Below are positions 38,537-47,676 of a stretch of DNA of 64,000 nt, in pieces. Both the position numbers and the translations under genes were made by a program. The notes beneath the pieces were generated by a model that did not search any database, was not told the origin of the DNA, and saw nothing but the letters and a program-made list of their open reading frames with translations. Positions within the stretch are counted from its first letter, which is position 1; every line of letters begins with the position of its first letter. Source of the stretch: an uncultured bacterium (lineage in GTDB: Bacteria; Oederibacteriota; PGYV01; CAWJRG01); contig CAWJRG010000005.1 of assembly GCA_963845185.1 (NCBI GenBank), positions 352,001-416,000 on the forward strand. Direction: 5' to 3'.

Positions 38537-40659
38537 AGTTTTTTGACTTTTTGCCTCTCCTCATAAAAAACGATGACATCACCTTCCTTTGGTTCCCTGT
38601 ATCCGTCCACAATAACTCCGCACTCATAGCCTTCCTTGACCTCTTTTACGCTGTCTTTAAATCTCCTTAGGGATAAAACGTTGCCTTTTAATATTTCGTA
38701 ACCTCCCCTGTATACTGCTGCGACCGAATCATTATATGCATTACCGCTCTTTATATAGCTGCCTGCAATAAATTTATCCTCGCTTACCATCTTAAATATT
38801 TGCCTTACCTCGGCTTCGCCTATCTTCACTTGCTCATATTCGGGCTCCAGCAGTCCTTCCATCGCGGCTTTAATTGCGTCAACTACCTCATATATTATAT
38901 GATATATCTTTATCTCAACATCTTCCTTCTTGGCCAGTTCTTTGGCTGCGGAGTTTATAGCTACAAAAAACCCTATAATAACTGCATTTGAAGCGTCGGC
39001 AAGCAGTACATCGCTCTCGGTTATATCGCCGACATCCTTGTGTATTATCTGTACGTTTATTTCACTTTCTGCCGACAGCTTGCTTATAGAGTCGGACAGC
39101 GCGCCTACTGAGCCCTGCCCGTCGCCCTTAATGATGAGGAAAAGCTTTTTCTCTGCACCCATTTTTATTTTTGCATGCAGGTCCTCGAGAGTTATTTTCT
39201 TTTTCTTTCTTTCCTCGGACATTCTCCTCAGTTCCTCGCTGCGGCGCTCGGATATTTGCCTTACTTCCTTTTCGCTTTCCATTACCCTGAACTTGTCGCC
39301 TGCGTTTGGCACTTCGTCAAAGCCCAGTACCTCCACGGGCATTACCGCCTTGGCTTCTTTCAGCCTGTTTCCTTTATCGTCAATTAAAGCCTTTACTTTG
39401 CCGAATGTGAAATTTGTTATAAAAGGATCTCCTATCATTAGCGTCCCTTTTTGTATAAGCACGGTGCCTACAGGCCCCCTGCCCTTGTCTAGTTTGCCCT
39501 CTATTATTACCCCCATTGCCTTCCTGTTCGGGTTTGTCTTTAATTCAAGCATCTCAGCTTCGAGCAGTATCTTGTCGAGCAGCTCGTCAATGCCTATTTT
39601 CTTTTTTGCCGAAATCTGTACAAACTGGGTTTTCCCGCCCCACTCCTCGGAAATCAAATTGTATTTTGTCAGCTCCTGCTTTACCCTGTCCGGCTGCGCG
39701 CCATCCTTGTCTATTTTATTTATGGCGACTATTATCGGGGCTCCCGCTGCTTTTGCGTGGTCTATTGCCTCAACCGTCTGTGGCATTACGCCGTCATCCG
39801 CCGCCACTATTAAAATTACTATGTCGGTTGCCTGCGCTCCCCTGGCGCGCATTGCCGTAAATGCCTCGTGGCCCGGCGTATCAATAAATACAATGTCTCC
39901 TTTTTTTGTCTGCACCCTGTACGCGCCGATTTTTTGGGTAATGCCGCCTCTTTCCTGCGAAACAATATCAGATTGTCTCACGGCATCAAGCAGAGAAGTC
40001 TTGCCATGATCGACGTGTCCCATTATCGTGACTATCGGAGCCCTTGGTTTCAGGTCCTCGGGCTTGTCTTCTTCCTCTTCAAATACCGAATCGCCGTATA
40101 TATCCTTGAATTTTACTTCTTTGCCAAATTCTTCAGCCACAAGCTGTGTCGCCTCTTCGGAAAGCGTCTGGTTTATGGATGCCAAAACTCCCATGGACAT
40201 TAATTTTTTTATAAGTTCTGTTGATTTTATCTCAAATCTTTGGGCAAGCTCGCCGACTGTTATTGTCCGGTTTACTTCAATGACTTCTTTTTCAGCCGGC
40301 TTTACCGCCGGTTCCGCAGCTTGCACAGGCGCAGCCGCCGTCTCAGCCTGGCTGGTTTTGATTTCCTCCGGTTTCGGCTGTACCGCAACTTCTTGCTTTA
40401 TTTCCTCTTTCACTTCCGGTTCCTGCTTTTTAAGGTGTTTTTCCTCTTTGCCCAGGACAGCCTGCGCCTTTTCTGTTTTTGCCCTGGCCGGCTCTTCTTT
40501 TTTCCCTTTTTGTGGCGCCAGCCTTTTTTCGACAAAATCAATTAATTCGTCCGGAATGGCGCTCATGTGGCTTTTAACTTCCACGCCTTTTTCCAGTAAA
40601 ATATTGATTATTTCCTTGCTCTCTATGTCGTATTTTTTCGCGATTTCGTGTATTCTCAT
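38533..40659 (-). CDS. infB: translation initiation factor IF-2
   Basis: GHVDHGKT, DTPGHEAF and NKID motifs. Confidence 0.98.
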   Translation of the reverse strand: MRIHEIAKKYDIESKEIINILLEKGVEVKSHMSAIPDELIDFVEKRLAPQKGKKEEPARAKTEKAQAVLGKEEKHLKKQEPEVKEEIKQEVAVQPKPEEIKTSQAETAAAPVQAAEPAVKPAEKEVIEVNRTITVGELAQRFEIKSTELIKKLMSMGVLASINQTLSEEATQLVAEEFGKEVKFKDIYGDSVFEEEEDKPEDLKPRAPIVTIMGHVDHGKTSLLDAVRQSDIVSQERGGITQKIGAYRVQTKKGDIVFIDTPGHEAFTAMRARGAQATDIVILIVAADDGVMPQTVEAIDHAKAAGAPIIVAINKIDKDGAQPDRVKQELTKYNLISEEWGGKTQFVQISAKKKIGIDELLDKILLEAEMLELKTNPNRKAMGVIIEGKLDKGRGPVGTVLIQKGTLMIGDPFITNFTFGKVKALIDDKGNRLKEAKAVMPVEVLGFDEVPNAGDKFRVMESEKEVRQISERRSEELRRMSEERKKKKITLEDLHAKIKMGAEKKLFLIIKGDGQGSVGALSDSISKLSAESEINVQIIHKDVGDITESDVLLADASNAVIIGFFVAINSAAKELAKKEDVEIKIYHIIYEVVDAIKAAMEGLLEPEYEQVKIGEAEVRQIFKMVSEDKFIAGSYIKSGNAYNDSVAAVYRGGYEILKGNVLSLRRFKDSVKEVKEGYECGVIVDGYREPKEGDVIVFYEERQKVKKL

Positions 40660-41948
40660 TCGGTTTTCTCGATTTTCCCGGTTTTACCGCTTTTCTCTAT
40701 AAACTCGTTGGCTTTCCCCTTGAGCTTCTTTATTTCTTCGTCGTCTGCTCCGATTATCTCCTTAAGGATATTGTCTTCGGCAGCCGCAAAATCCTTCAGG
40801 TTCTTTATCCCAGCTTCCTTTATTTTCCTAAGAACCTTCACCGGTATGTCTGTGTTTAACTTAAAAAGGTCATACTCTACCTGTTCCTCTATGCCTTTCT
40901 TCATCTGGACAATTTTTTCCTCGGTAAATTCCGTCGCCCTCAGTACGGACACTTTCCATTTGGTAATCTTTGCCACAAGCCTCATATTTATGCCGCCCTT
41001 GCCTATCACCTGCGAAAACTGTTCGTCAGGTACTGCAATGACCGCGTATTTATTCACTTCGTCGACATAAATATTTTTTATTGAAATGGGCGCAATCGCG
41101 CTCGCCAGGTATTTTTTAATATCGTCGCTGTAAAGGACAACATCAACCTTTTCCCCCTGCAGTTCCCTTATGATTGTCTGTATCCTGCTGCCCTTTACGC
41201 CGATGCAGGCACCCACCGGGTCTATATGCGGGTCGTTTGAGGTTACCACAACCTTGCTTTTTATGCCCGGTTCCCTCGCGACGTATTTTATCTCCACTAT
41301 TCCCTGGTCCACCTCGGTAACTTCAGTAGCAAATATTTTTTTGATAAAATTCGGGTGTGTCCTCGACAGTTCAAGCACGGCCCCGTCCCTGCTCCTGGTT
41401 ACCGAAAGTATATAAGCTTTTATCCTCTGCCCGATTTTATATTCTTCCTTTTCCACCTGTTCTTTTTGCCTCAAAATGCCTTCCACTACCCCCAGGTCGA
41501 TTATTAAATTCCCGTTTTCTATGCTGTGCACTGCGCCCGTTACTATCTCGCCTTCTTTTTTAGCGTACTCGAGGTAAACCTGCTCTTTCTCAACTTCCCT
41601 TATTTTCTGGGTTATTACCTGTTTTGTTGTCTGGGCCGCTATCCTGCCGAACTCCTTGGGATAAAAAAGCACTTCTATTTCCTCGCCGAGCTGCGCTTCG
41701 GGCTTTATTGTTTTGGCTTCTTCCAAAGAGATTTCCGTATAATCGTTTTCGGGCTTTTCAACAACTTTCTTTATCCAGTAAAACTTGATTTCGTTTTCCT
41801 GCGCGTCGACCCTGATATTGGGCTTTATGCCGTACACCTTTTTGGCCGCGGAAGTTATGCCGCGTTCAAACGCCTTTACAAGCTCGCCCTTGTCTATATT
41901 TTTCAGCCTTTCAATCTGTTGGAACATCTCTGTAATTTCATTTGACAT
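40656..41948 (-). CDS. nusA: transcription termination factor NusA
   Basis: FGRIAAQT, SRTHP, DPVGACIG..GSR; S1 and KH domains. Confidence 0.96.
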   Translation of the reverse strand: MSNEITEMFQQIERLKNIDKGELVKAFERGITSAAKKVYGIKPNIRVDAQENEIKFYWIKKVVEKPENDYTEISLEEAKTIKPEAQLGEEIEVLFYPKEFGRIAAQTTKQVITQKIREVEKEQVYLEYAKKEGEIVTGAVHSIENGNLIIDLGVVEGILRQKEQVEKEEYKIGQRIKAYILSVTRSRDGAVLELSRTHPNFIKKIFATEVTEVDQGIVEIKYVAREPGIKSKVVVTSNDPHIDPVGACIGVKGSRIQTIIRELQGEKVDVVLYSDDIKKYLASAIAPISIKNIYVDEVNKYAVIAVPDEQFSQVIGKGGINMRLVAKITKWKVSVLRATEFTEEKIVQMKKGIEEQVEYDLFKLNTDIPVKVLRKIKEAGIKNLKDFAAAEDNILKEIIGADDEEIKKLKGKANEFIEKSGKTGKIEKTE

Positions 41949-41953
41949 TTTAA

Positions 41954-42442
41954 TCAACCTCTCTTGTGCTTCAGGTCGTCTTCGGCTGAGTCAAGATTTG
42001 CCTTTTTGATGTCGCTGAAGCTTATTTCTGTGTTTTTGCCTTCCTGTTCTATGATAACTTTGTCATCCGTGACTTCCATGATATGTCCGGAAAAAACCGC
42101 CTGGTTGTCTACCAGCTGATGCAGGACTATTTTCACTCTTTCTCCTTTGAACCGCAGGAAGTCTTCTCTCTTTTTAAGCGGCCTGTCTGTCCCGGGCGAA
42201 GACACTTCCAGGAAATACCTCCCGGGGATAACGTCATTTACGTCCAGATCCAGGGCGATCTGCTCGCTTAAATTTGCGCAATCGTCAATACTTACGCTTC
42301 CTTTCTGCTTATCAATGACCACTTTTACGTAATAATTGCCTGCCTTGTTAACCTCGATTTCGGCAATTTCCATGAAATTGTCTTTTACTATAGGTTCTGC
42401 CACTTCTTTAATCTTTTCCTTTAAAATATCAAATGCTGTCAT
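41954..42442 (-). CDS. rimP: ribosome maturation factor RimP
   Basis: IDDC and LEVSSPG.DRPL motifs. Confidence 0.95.
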   Translation of the reverse strand: MTAFDILKEKIKEVAEPIVKDNFMEIAEIEVNKAGNYYVKVVIDKQKGSVSIDDCANLSEQIALDLDVNDVIPGRYFLEVSSPGTDRPLKKREDFLRFKGERVKIVLHQLVDNQAVFSGHIMEVTDDKVIIEQEGKNTEISFSDIKKANLDSAEDDLKHKRG

Positions 42443-42462
42443 ATTGCACCCGTTTAAAAATC

Positions 42463-42491
42463 AAAAAGTGGGGTTTAATCTTGCCCCACTT
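42463..42491 (-). terminator. rimP-leader attenuator hairpin
   Basis: aagtggggc...ccccactttttg just upstream of rimP, the usual position of the rimP leader terminator. Confidence 0.7.
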
Positions 42492-42717
42492 CGCGTGTAA
42501 AAGGCTCATGTCTCTAAAACTTCATCTTCAGTCAAAATAATACTATCACAAACAAGCCTGTTTTTCAAGCTTGTTTTTCAATAGGGTTTTATCCTGTAGA
42601 ACGCCTTTGCAAAATCAGATATTCTATATTCATGATTTTACAGGCAAAAATATGGAATTTTCCAAAAATATTGGAAAATCCTGTAACTAATTGACCCAAT
42701 AAAAATTTTTCCCTGCT

Positions 42718-42969
42718 TTAAGCAGTGACCTTATAAACAACATCACCTTTTCTTACGTGGTCTTTTACCTTTATGCCGACTGAGTCTCCTTTTTTGGCGT
42801 TCTGCATTGGTTTGTGGTCAATCTGCATTGAGTCAACTGTCTGGGTGATATCAGTGGTATGGCCTTTTATGTGTATTGTATCACCGACTGCAAAATCGCC
42901 TTCTACCTTGAAAGCAGCCACGCCCACTTTTGCAAAAAAATCATCTACCTCGCCGATTTTAACTTCCAT
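42718..42969 (-). CDS. small EF-Tu domain II-like (U32 peptidase C-terminal-like) protein
   Basis: IG.V..FF.K.GVA, GD.I.I.GHTTD..Q.V.SMQI and GD.VGIK motifs. Confidence 0.8.
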   Translation of the reverse strand: MEVKIGEVDDFFAKVGVAAFKVEGDFAVGDTIHIKGHTTDITQTVDSMQIDHKPMQNAKKGDSVGIKVKDHVRKGDVVYKVTA

Positions 42970-42982
42970 TTTCTCACCTCCC

Positions 42983-43137
42983 TTGATTTCGTTTACTTTG
43001 CCAATCCGTCAACAGGAGCAGGCAAAGTATTACGAAATCATGCACCCGTTCCAGTTCGAGGTCATTAGGCCGAGAACAAGTGGTGCTATCTTAGTACCCG
43101 CTCCAGTCCGAGGCTTTAGCCAGGGACAAGCGGTGCT
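42983..43137 (-). promoter_or_regulatory. repeated two-hairpin leader element, copy 4 (first hairpin tandemly duplicated)
   Basis: Hairpins at 43093-43137, 43042-43086 and 42984-43040, then the GGGAGGTG RBS. Confidence 0.7.
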
Positions 43138-43157
43138 TGATATCATATAATTTTATC

Positions 43158-43287
43158 TGTAGAAACGTTTTGCAAAACGTCTTCTCTACGTTTAATTATA
43201 ATTCATTTTGTTCTTGTAGGGGTAATTCACGAATTACCCCGTCTTTGTCTTTTCTTTCGTTTTGGGCGATTCATGAATCGCCCCTAC
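43158..43287. repeat. REP and REPIN-like palindromes
   Basis: gtagaaacgttttgcaaaacg...ctac; gtaggggtaattcacgaattacccc ... gggcgattcatgaatcgcccctac. Confidence 0.8.
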
Positions 43288-43331
43288 TTTTTCTTATATT
43301 CGAATTATACCATTAATATGTAATTCTATTG

Positions 43332-44165
43332 TTACTTGTTAATCTTTAAATCAATTTCTTTAATCATATCGTAAGCCGTGGTATCTCCGAGGTCTCCCGC
43401 GGTTTTATAATCTTCCAGCGCTTCTTTATATTGCTTCAACGCTTCTTCAGCAAACCCGCGGCCATGAAAAGCATGCGCGAATTTCGGGTTAAGTGATATA
43501 GTTTTAGTGTAATCATTAATAGCGCCAATATAGTCGCTCAGGTCTGTTTTCGCATTTCCGCGGTTGTAAAAAGCCTTTGCGTATCCGGCATTCAACGCTA
43601 TGGCTTTATTGAAATCCCTGATGGCACCTCCATAATCGCCGAGGTTGCTTTTAGCGAGCCCGCGGTTATTATAAGCAGCGTCATACTGCGGGTCAAGTTC
43701 AATGGCTTTGGTACAATCCTCGATGGCACCCTTAAAGTCTCCGAGATTGTATTTGGATATCTGCCTGTTAATATAAGCCACGGTATATTTAGGGTCGAGT
43801 TCTATTGCCTTGCTGAAATCCTTTATTGCACCCGCGTAATCATTGAGGTTGTTTTTTGTAACTCCCCGGTTAACGTAAGCATGTTCGTCTTTGGGGTCAA
43901 GTTCAATGGCTTTGTTATAGTCTTCGAGCGCTTCTTTAAATTTTCCCATGTTATTTTTAGCATTTCCCAGTTTATCGTAAGTCAACGCGTAATTCGAGCC
44001 AAGTTCTATGGCCCTGTTAAAATCTTTAATTGCTCCTTTATAGTCGCCTTTATTATATTTCGTATTACCGCTTTCAAAATAGTAATTCGCGTCCTTGTGC
44101 TGCGAATAAACATTTGCAAAAAAAGCGAGACATATAATTACAAAAAGTTCTTTTTTCATAAACAT
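43332..44165 (-). CDS. secreted TPR-repeat protein
   Basis: Signal peptide plus seven 34-aa AY.NRG..K..L.DY.GAI.D..KAI.L repeats. Confidence 0.9.
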   Translation of the reverse strand: MFMKKELFVIICLAFFANVYSQHKDANYYFESGNTKYNKGDYKGAIKDFNRAIELGSNYALTYDKLGNAKNNMGKFKEALEDYNKAIELDPKDEHAYVNRGVTKNNLNDYAGAIKDFSKAIELDPKYTVAYINRQISKYNLGDFKGAIEDCTKAIELDPQYDAAYNNRGLAKSNLGDYGGAIRDFNKAIALNAGYAKAFYNRGNAKTDLSDYIGAINDYTKTISLNPKFAHAFHGRGFAEEALKQYKEALEDYKTAGDLGDTTAYDMIKEIDLKINK

Positions 44166-44174
44166 TGCATGCTT

Positions 44175-44561
44175 CTATTCCAGCTGGATAAAAACAATCG
44201 TATTGCCGTAAAGGTCTGTCGCGTCTGCCTCTGTGCCGTATCCCATTTTTTTCGGTGGCATTTCAAATTTTACGCCTTTTGCGCTTAATTCTTTGTAAGT
44301 CTTTTCGCAGTTCTCCACCTCAAATACCATTGTCGGATCATTGCCTATAAGTTTTTCTATGCTTTTCCTGTTCTCTCCCTCAAACCAGTCTGGCGACTGT
44401 AGCGTAATATCCACATTGTCGCCCGGCGCCGAAATTGTTATCCACCTTCGGTTTTCACCCATTGTTATGTCGGTTTTTTTTACAAACCCAAGCTTTTCTG
44501 TATAAAATTTTACCGCTTCATCCTGGTTTTTTACCCGCAAAGTAATTGTCTTCAGCCGCAT
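44175..44561 (-). CDS. VOC/glyoxalase family protein
   Basis: V.NQDEA..FY.EKLGF, RW.T, GV.F...P....YG and D.YGN motifs. Confidence 0.88.
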   Translation of the reverse strand: MRLKTITLRVKNQDEAVKFYTEKLGFVKKTDITMGENRRWITISAPGDNVDITLQSPDWFEGENRKSIEKLIGNDPTMVFEVENCEKTYKELSAKGVKFEMPPKKMGYGTEADATDLYGNTIVFIQLE

Positions 44562-44637
44562 CCTACACCTCATATTCCTTGTTTTGAAATTTTTCCTGCA
44601 AAAAGTATACTACGCAAAAACCGGCTTTCAATGAAAT

Positions 44638-46095
44638 TTAGTGGTCGTAATAATCGCCCAAATCCTTGAATTTTGAGCCGTCCCATTTATAAATAGATAT
44701 TATTTCCCCCCACGACCCGGAATATTTTGTTGACATGTCATTTGAATTTATACTGAATTTCCTGCCTATGATTTCCCTTGCTTCCTCAGGTATTCTTGCG
44801 ACAGATTTGGCGATAATTTCGACAATCCCGTCATTATTCAGGTCCTTAAAACAGACATATCCCTCCTGCCATGCGAATAATTTCAACTCGTTTTTTAAAT
44901 ATAAATCCGCCTTTAATGTTTTGACCGCTGTCTTTGATTCATAAACCGCGGTTTTGGCAGGGTCTTTTTTTACTGTGTAAAGGCTTGTGCTGTAACCCTC
45001 GTCATTCTGGATGCCAATTTTCAGGAAAACAGGCGAATTTTTGCCCAGGGTAATGAACTGGGCAGCTTCGGCCATGAATAAGAGCTCATATTGTGTTCCG
45101 ATTTTAATATAAACATTTGCGCCGTTTGTGCTGTCTTCATTTTCTTCGTCAGAGCCGTAATCAGCAATTAAAAATGTCTGCCCTGCTGTTTCAGCCTGGG
45201 ACAGGTCTGTTAAGTCTGTGCCGTCGTCCAGGCTGTCAGGTATATTGTATTTTGACGCGTCGTCCACGTCAAGGCTTGTCACAGGAAACACCTTTTCATC
45301 CGTATCCTCCGGGTCTGTATGAAGCAGGGGTTTGATATAACCAATCACCTCCCCGGGAATCGCGTCATTGTGCTTTTGAATCCAGAGCTGCATGAATATC
45401 GCGACTTTTTCGTCCTGGCTCGGGCTGAATTCAATTGCTTTGTTAAAATCATTTATGGCTCCGTTATGGTCGCCGATGTTTTCCTTTGCGTGCGCCCTGT
45501 TGTAATAAGGGTTAGGGTCTTTCGGTGAGAGTTCAATTGCTTTGTCAAAATCCTTTATGGCGCCTTTATAGTCACCGAGTTTGCATTTTACCAGCCCCCG
45601 GTTGAGAAAAGCCTCAATGTATTTCGGGTAAAATTCTATTGCTTTGTCGTAATCTTTTACTGCGCCGTCATAGTCGTGGAGAGAATCTTTCACGCCTGCC
45701 CGCTTATAATAAATCTCGTAATCTCTCGGGTTAAACCCTGTTTTTTTGTCAAAATCCCTGATGGCGGCCGCATAATCACCGAGTATTGCTTCTGCCTCCC
45801 CGCGCTTGTCATAAGCCGAAATAAATCCCGGTTCCAGCTTAATGGCTTTGCTGTAGTCTTTTACAGCGTCCGGGACTTTTCCGAGGTTGAATTTTGCCTT
45901 TCCCCGGTTGTAGTAAGTCATGGCGTCTTTCGGGTTCAGCTTGAGAGCCTTGTTATAATCAATAAGCGCGCCCGCGTAGTCGCCCGTGTTGAATTTCGTG
46001 TTCCCGCTTTCCGAATAATATTTTGCGTCTTTATCCAGGGGATAAATGTTCGTAAAAACCATGACGCAAATAAGAATTAAAAATATTTTTTTCAT
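44638..46095 (-). CDS. secreted TPR-repeat protein with acidic C-terminal domain
   Basis: N-terminus paralogous to 43332-44165 (KDA.YY.ESGNTK); DLNNDG..EI Ca-binding-like motif. Confidence 0.82.
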   Translation of the reverse strand: MKKIFLILICVMVFTNIYPLDKDAKYYSESGNTKFNTGDYAGALIDYNKALKLNPKDAMTYYNRGKAKFNLGKVPDAVKDYSKAIKLEPGFISAYDKRGEAEAILGDYAAAIRDFDKKTGFNPRDYEIYYKRAGVKDSLHDYDGAVKDYDKAIEFYPKYIEAFLNRGLVKCKLGDYKGAIKDFDKAIELSPKDPNPYYNRAHAKENIGDHNGAINDFNKAIEFSPSQDEKVAIFMQLWIQKHNDAIPGEVIGYIKPLLHTDPEDTDEKVFPVTSLDVDDASKYNIPDSLDDGTDLTDLSQAETAGQTFLIADYGSDEENEDSTNGANVYIKIGTQYELLFMAEAAQFITLGKNSPVFLKIGIQNDEGYSTSLYTVKKDPAKTAVYESKTAVKTLKADLYLKNELKLFAWQEGYVCFKDLNNDGIVEIIAKSVARIPEEAREIIGRKFSINSNDMSTKYSGSWGEIISIYKWDGSKFKDLGDYYDH

Positions 46096-46280
46096 TCGGG
46101 CTGTGCTCCTGTAAAAGTTATGTAAAAAAGTATACTACTGCAGGCAAAGGTTTTCAACGGGATTTATTCAAAACTTATTTGAAATACTGTACTTTTATAA
46201 TTGAAATCCAGCCGATTTTTGTTAAAATTACTTCAGGATACAGGAGGAAAACTTGGTTAAGATTAATAAATTAGTCAGGA

Positions 46281-47651
46281 TTGCGGATAAACCAAATAAT
46301 CGCGGCAATATCAGGATATTCTGGACTTTTCATTATTCTGCTTTTAACTGCTTTGTTATCATCTCTTATTTTTGCCGACAATAAGTTAAAATACCTCATC
46401 AACAATTCAAAAACAGCTGTTGTGGAAATATTTAATTACGGGCCGGACGGCAAAAAATACGGTCAGGGCACGGGATTTTTTATTAATTCAAAGGGGTATA
46501 TCGCAACAAACCTTCATGTTGTTCTCGACGCGGCGGATATAAGCGTAAAAACTTCTGCAGGCGAGGAATACAGGATTGACAAAGTAATAAACACAAGTGC
46601 CGAATCAGACATTGTTATTTTCTCTGTAAAAGGCGTTGAAAGCAGGAAATACTATCTCCCTGTAATATACGGCAAAGCCGAAGTCGGGGATGAGGTGATA
46701 GTAATAGGAAACCCCATGGGCCTGGAACAAACAGTTTCAAACGGCATTGTTTCGGCTGTAAGGGACTTTCCCGAATACGGCCAGGTTTACCAGATTACGG
46801 CGCCTGTGTCCCCCGGGTTGAGCGGAAGCCCTGTAATTAATTCTTCTGGGGATGTGGTAGGCATTGCTACCATGGTATATAAAGAGGGCCAGAACCTGAA
46901 CTTTATCGTGCCCGGTTACAAGCTTTTGGGGCTTTTAAAAAATCCGGATAAAATAATGGCGTTTAATTTCTGGAGAAAAGACGGGGTCGGTTATATGCCC
47001 AGCACCTCTGACGGCCTTCTAAGGCTGGGGTTCATTTATTATAATTCAAAAGAATACAATAAAGCCCTGGAATGCGCCTCGTTAATAATGAAAAAAGACC
47101 CGAAATTTGCCAAGGGCTGGTACCTTGCCGGGAAAAGCGCGTTTGAAGCAGGAAACCATGACTATGCAGTTAAATCCCTGCAATACGCTTCGTCGCTTGA
47201 CCCTGAAATGGCCGATGTGCACAATGACCTCGGCATAATGTACGAAAAAATGGACATGATTCCGGATGCGACAGAGGAATATTTCCGCGAGATAGACAAG
47301 CATCCGGAAAACCCGGACCCATATTATAACCTCGCTACCGTATATGAGGAAAGCGGCAGCATAGATGACGCTGTTGAAATAATAAAGCAGGGCCTGATTA
47401 AGTGCGAGAATACTTCTGAACTGCACGCCAGGCTGGGTTTTCTTTATATATCGCTAAAGGACATTACGTCCGCGCTCCCGGAATTCAACACAGCAATAAG
47501 CCTTGATAAGTCAAATCCTGAAGCATACTACGGCCTTGGTATCGCTTATATGAAAAACGGCCAGAAAGACGAAGCTATAAAAATTTACTATAAATTGAAG
47601 CAACTGGACGAAAAAGAGGCTGAAAAACTCTTTGCCGTGATATATTCCTGA
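46281..47651 (+). CDS. trypsin-like (S1) serine protease with C-terminal TPRs
   Basis: GTGFF, TNLHVV, IGNP.GL and SPGLSGSP motifs; TPRs. Confidence 0.88.
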   Translation: MRINQIIAAISGYSGLFIILLLTALLSSLIFADNKLKYLINNSKTAVVEIFNYGPDGKKYGQGTGFFINSKGYIATNLHVVLDAADISVKTSAGEEYRIDKVINTSAESDIVIFSVKGVESRKYYLPVIYGKAEVGDEVIVIGNPMGLEQTVSNGIVSAVRDFPEYGQVYQITAPVSPGLSGSPVINSSGDVVGIATMVYKEGQNLNFIVPGYKLLGLLKNPDKIMAFNFWRKDGVGYMPSTSDGLLRLGFIYYNSKEYNKALECASLIMKKDPKFAKGWYLAGKSAFEAGNHDYAVKSLQYASSLDPEMADVHNDLGIMYEKMDMIPDATEEYFREIDKHPENPDPYYNLATVYEESGSIDDAVEIIKQGLIKCENTSELHARLGFLYISLKDITSALPEFNTAISLDKSNPEAYYGLGIAYMKNGQKDEAIKIYYKLKQLDEKEAEKLFAVIYS

Positions 47652-47676
47652 CACGGTATAAACTAAAGGAGAAAAA

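Noticed and set aside
38930..40702. Long plus-strand ORFs (359 aa and 224 aa)
   Set aside because: Antisense shadows of infB
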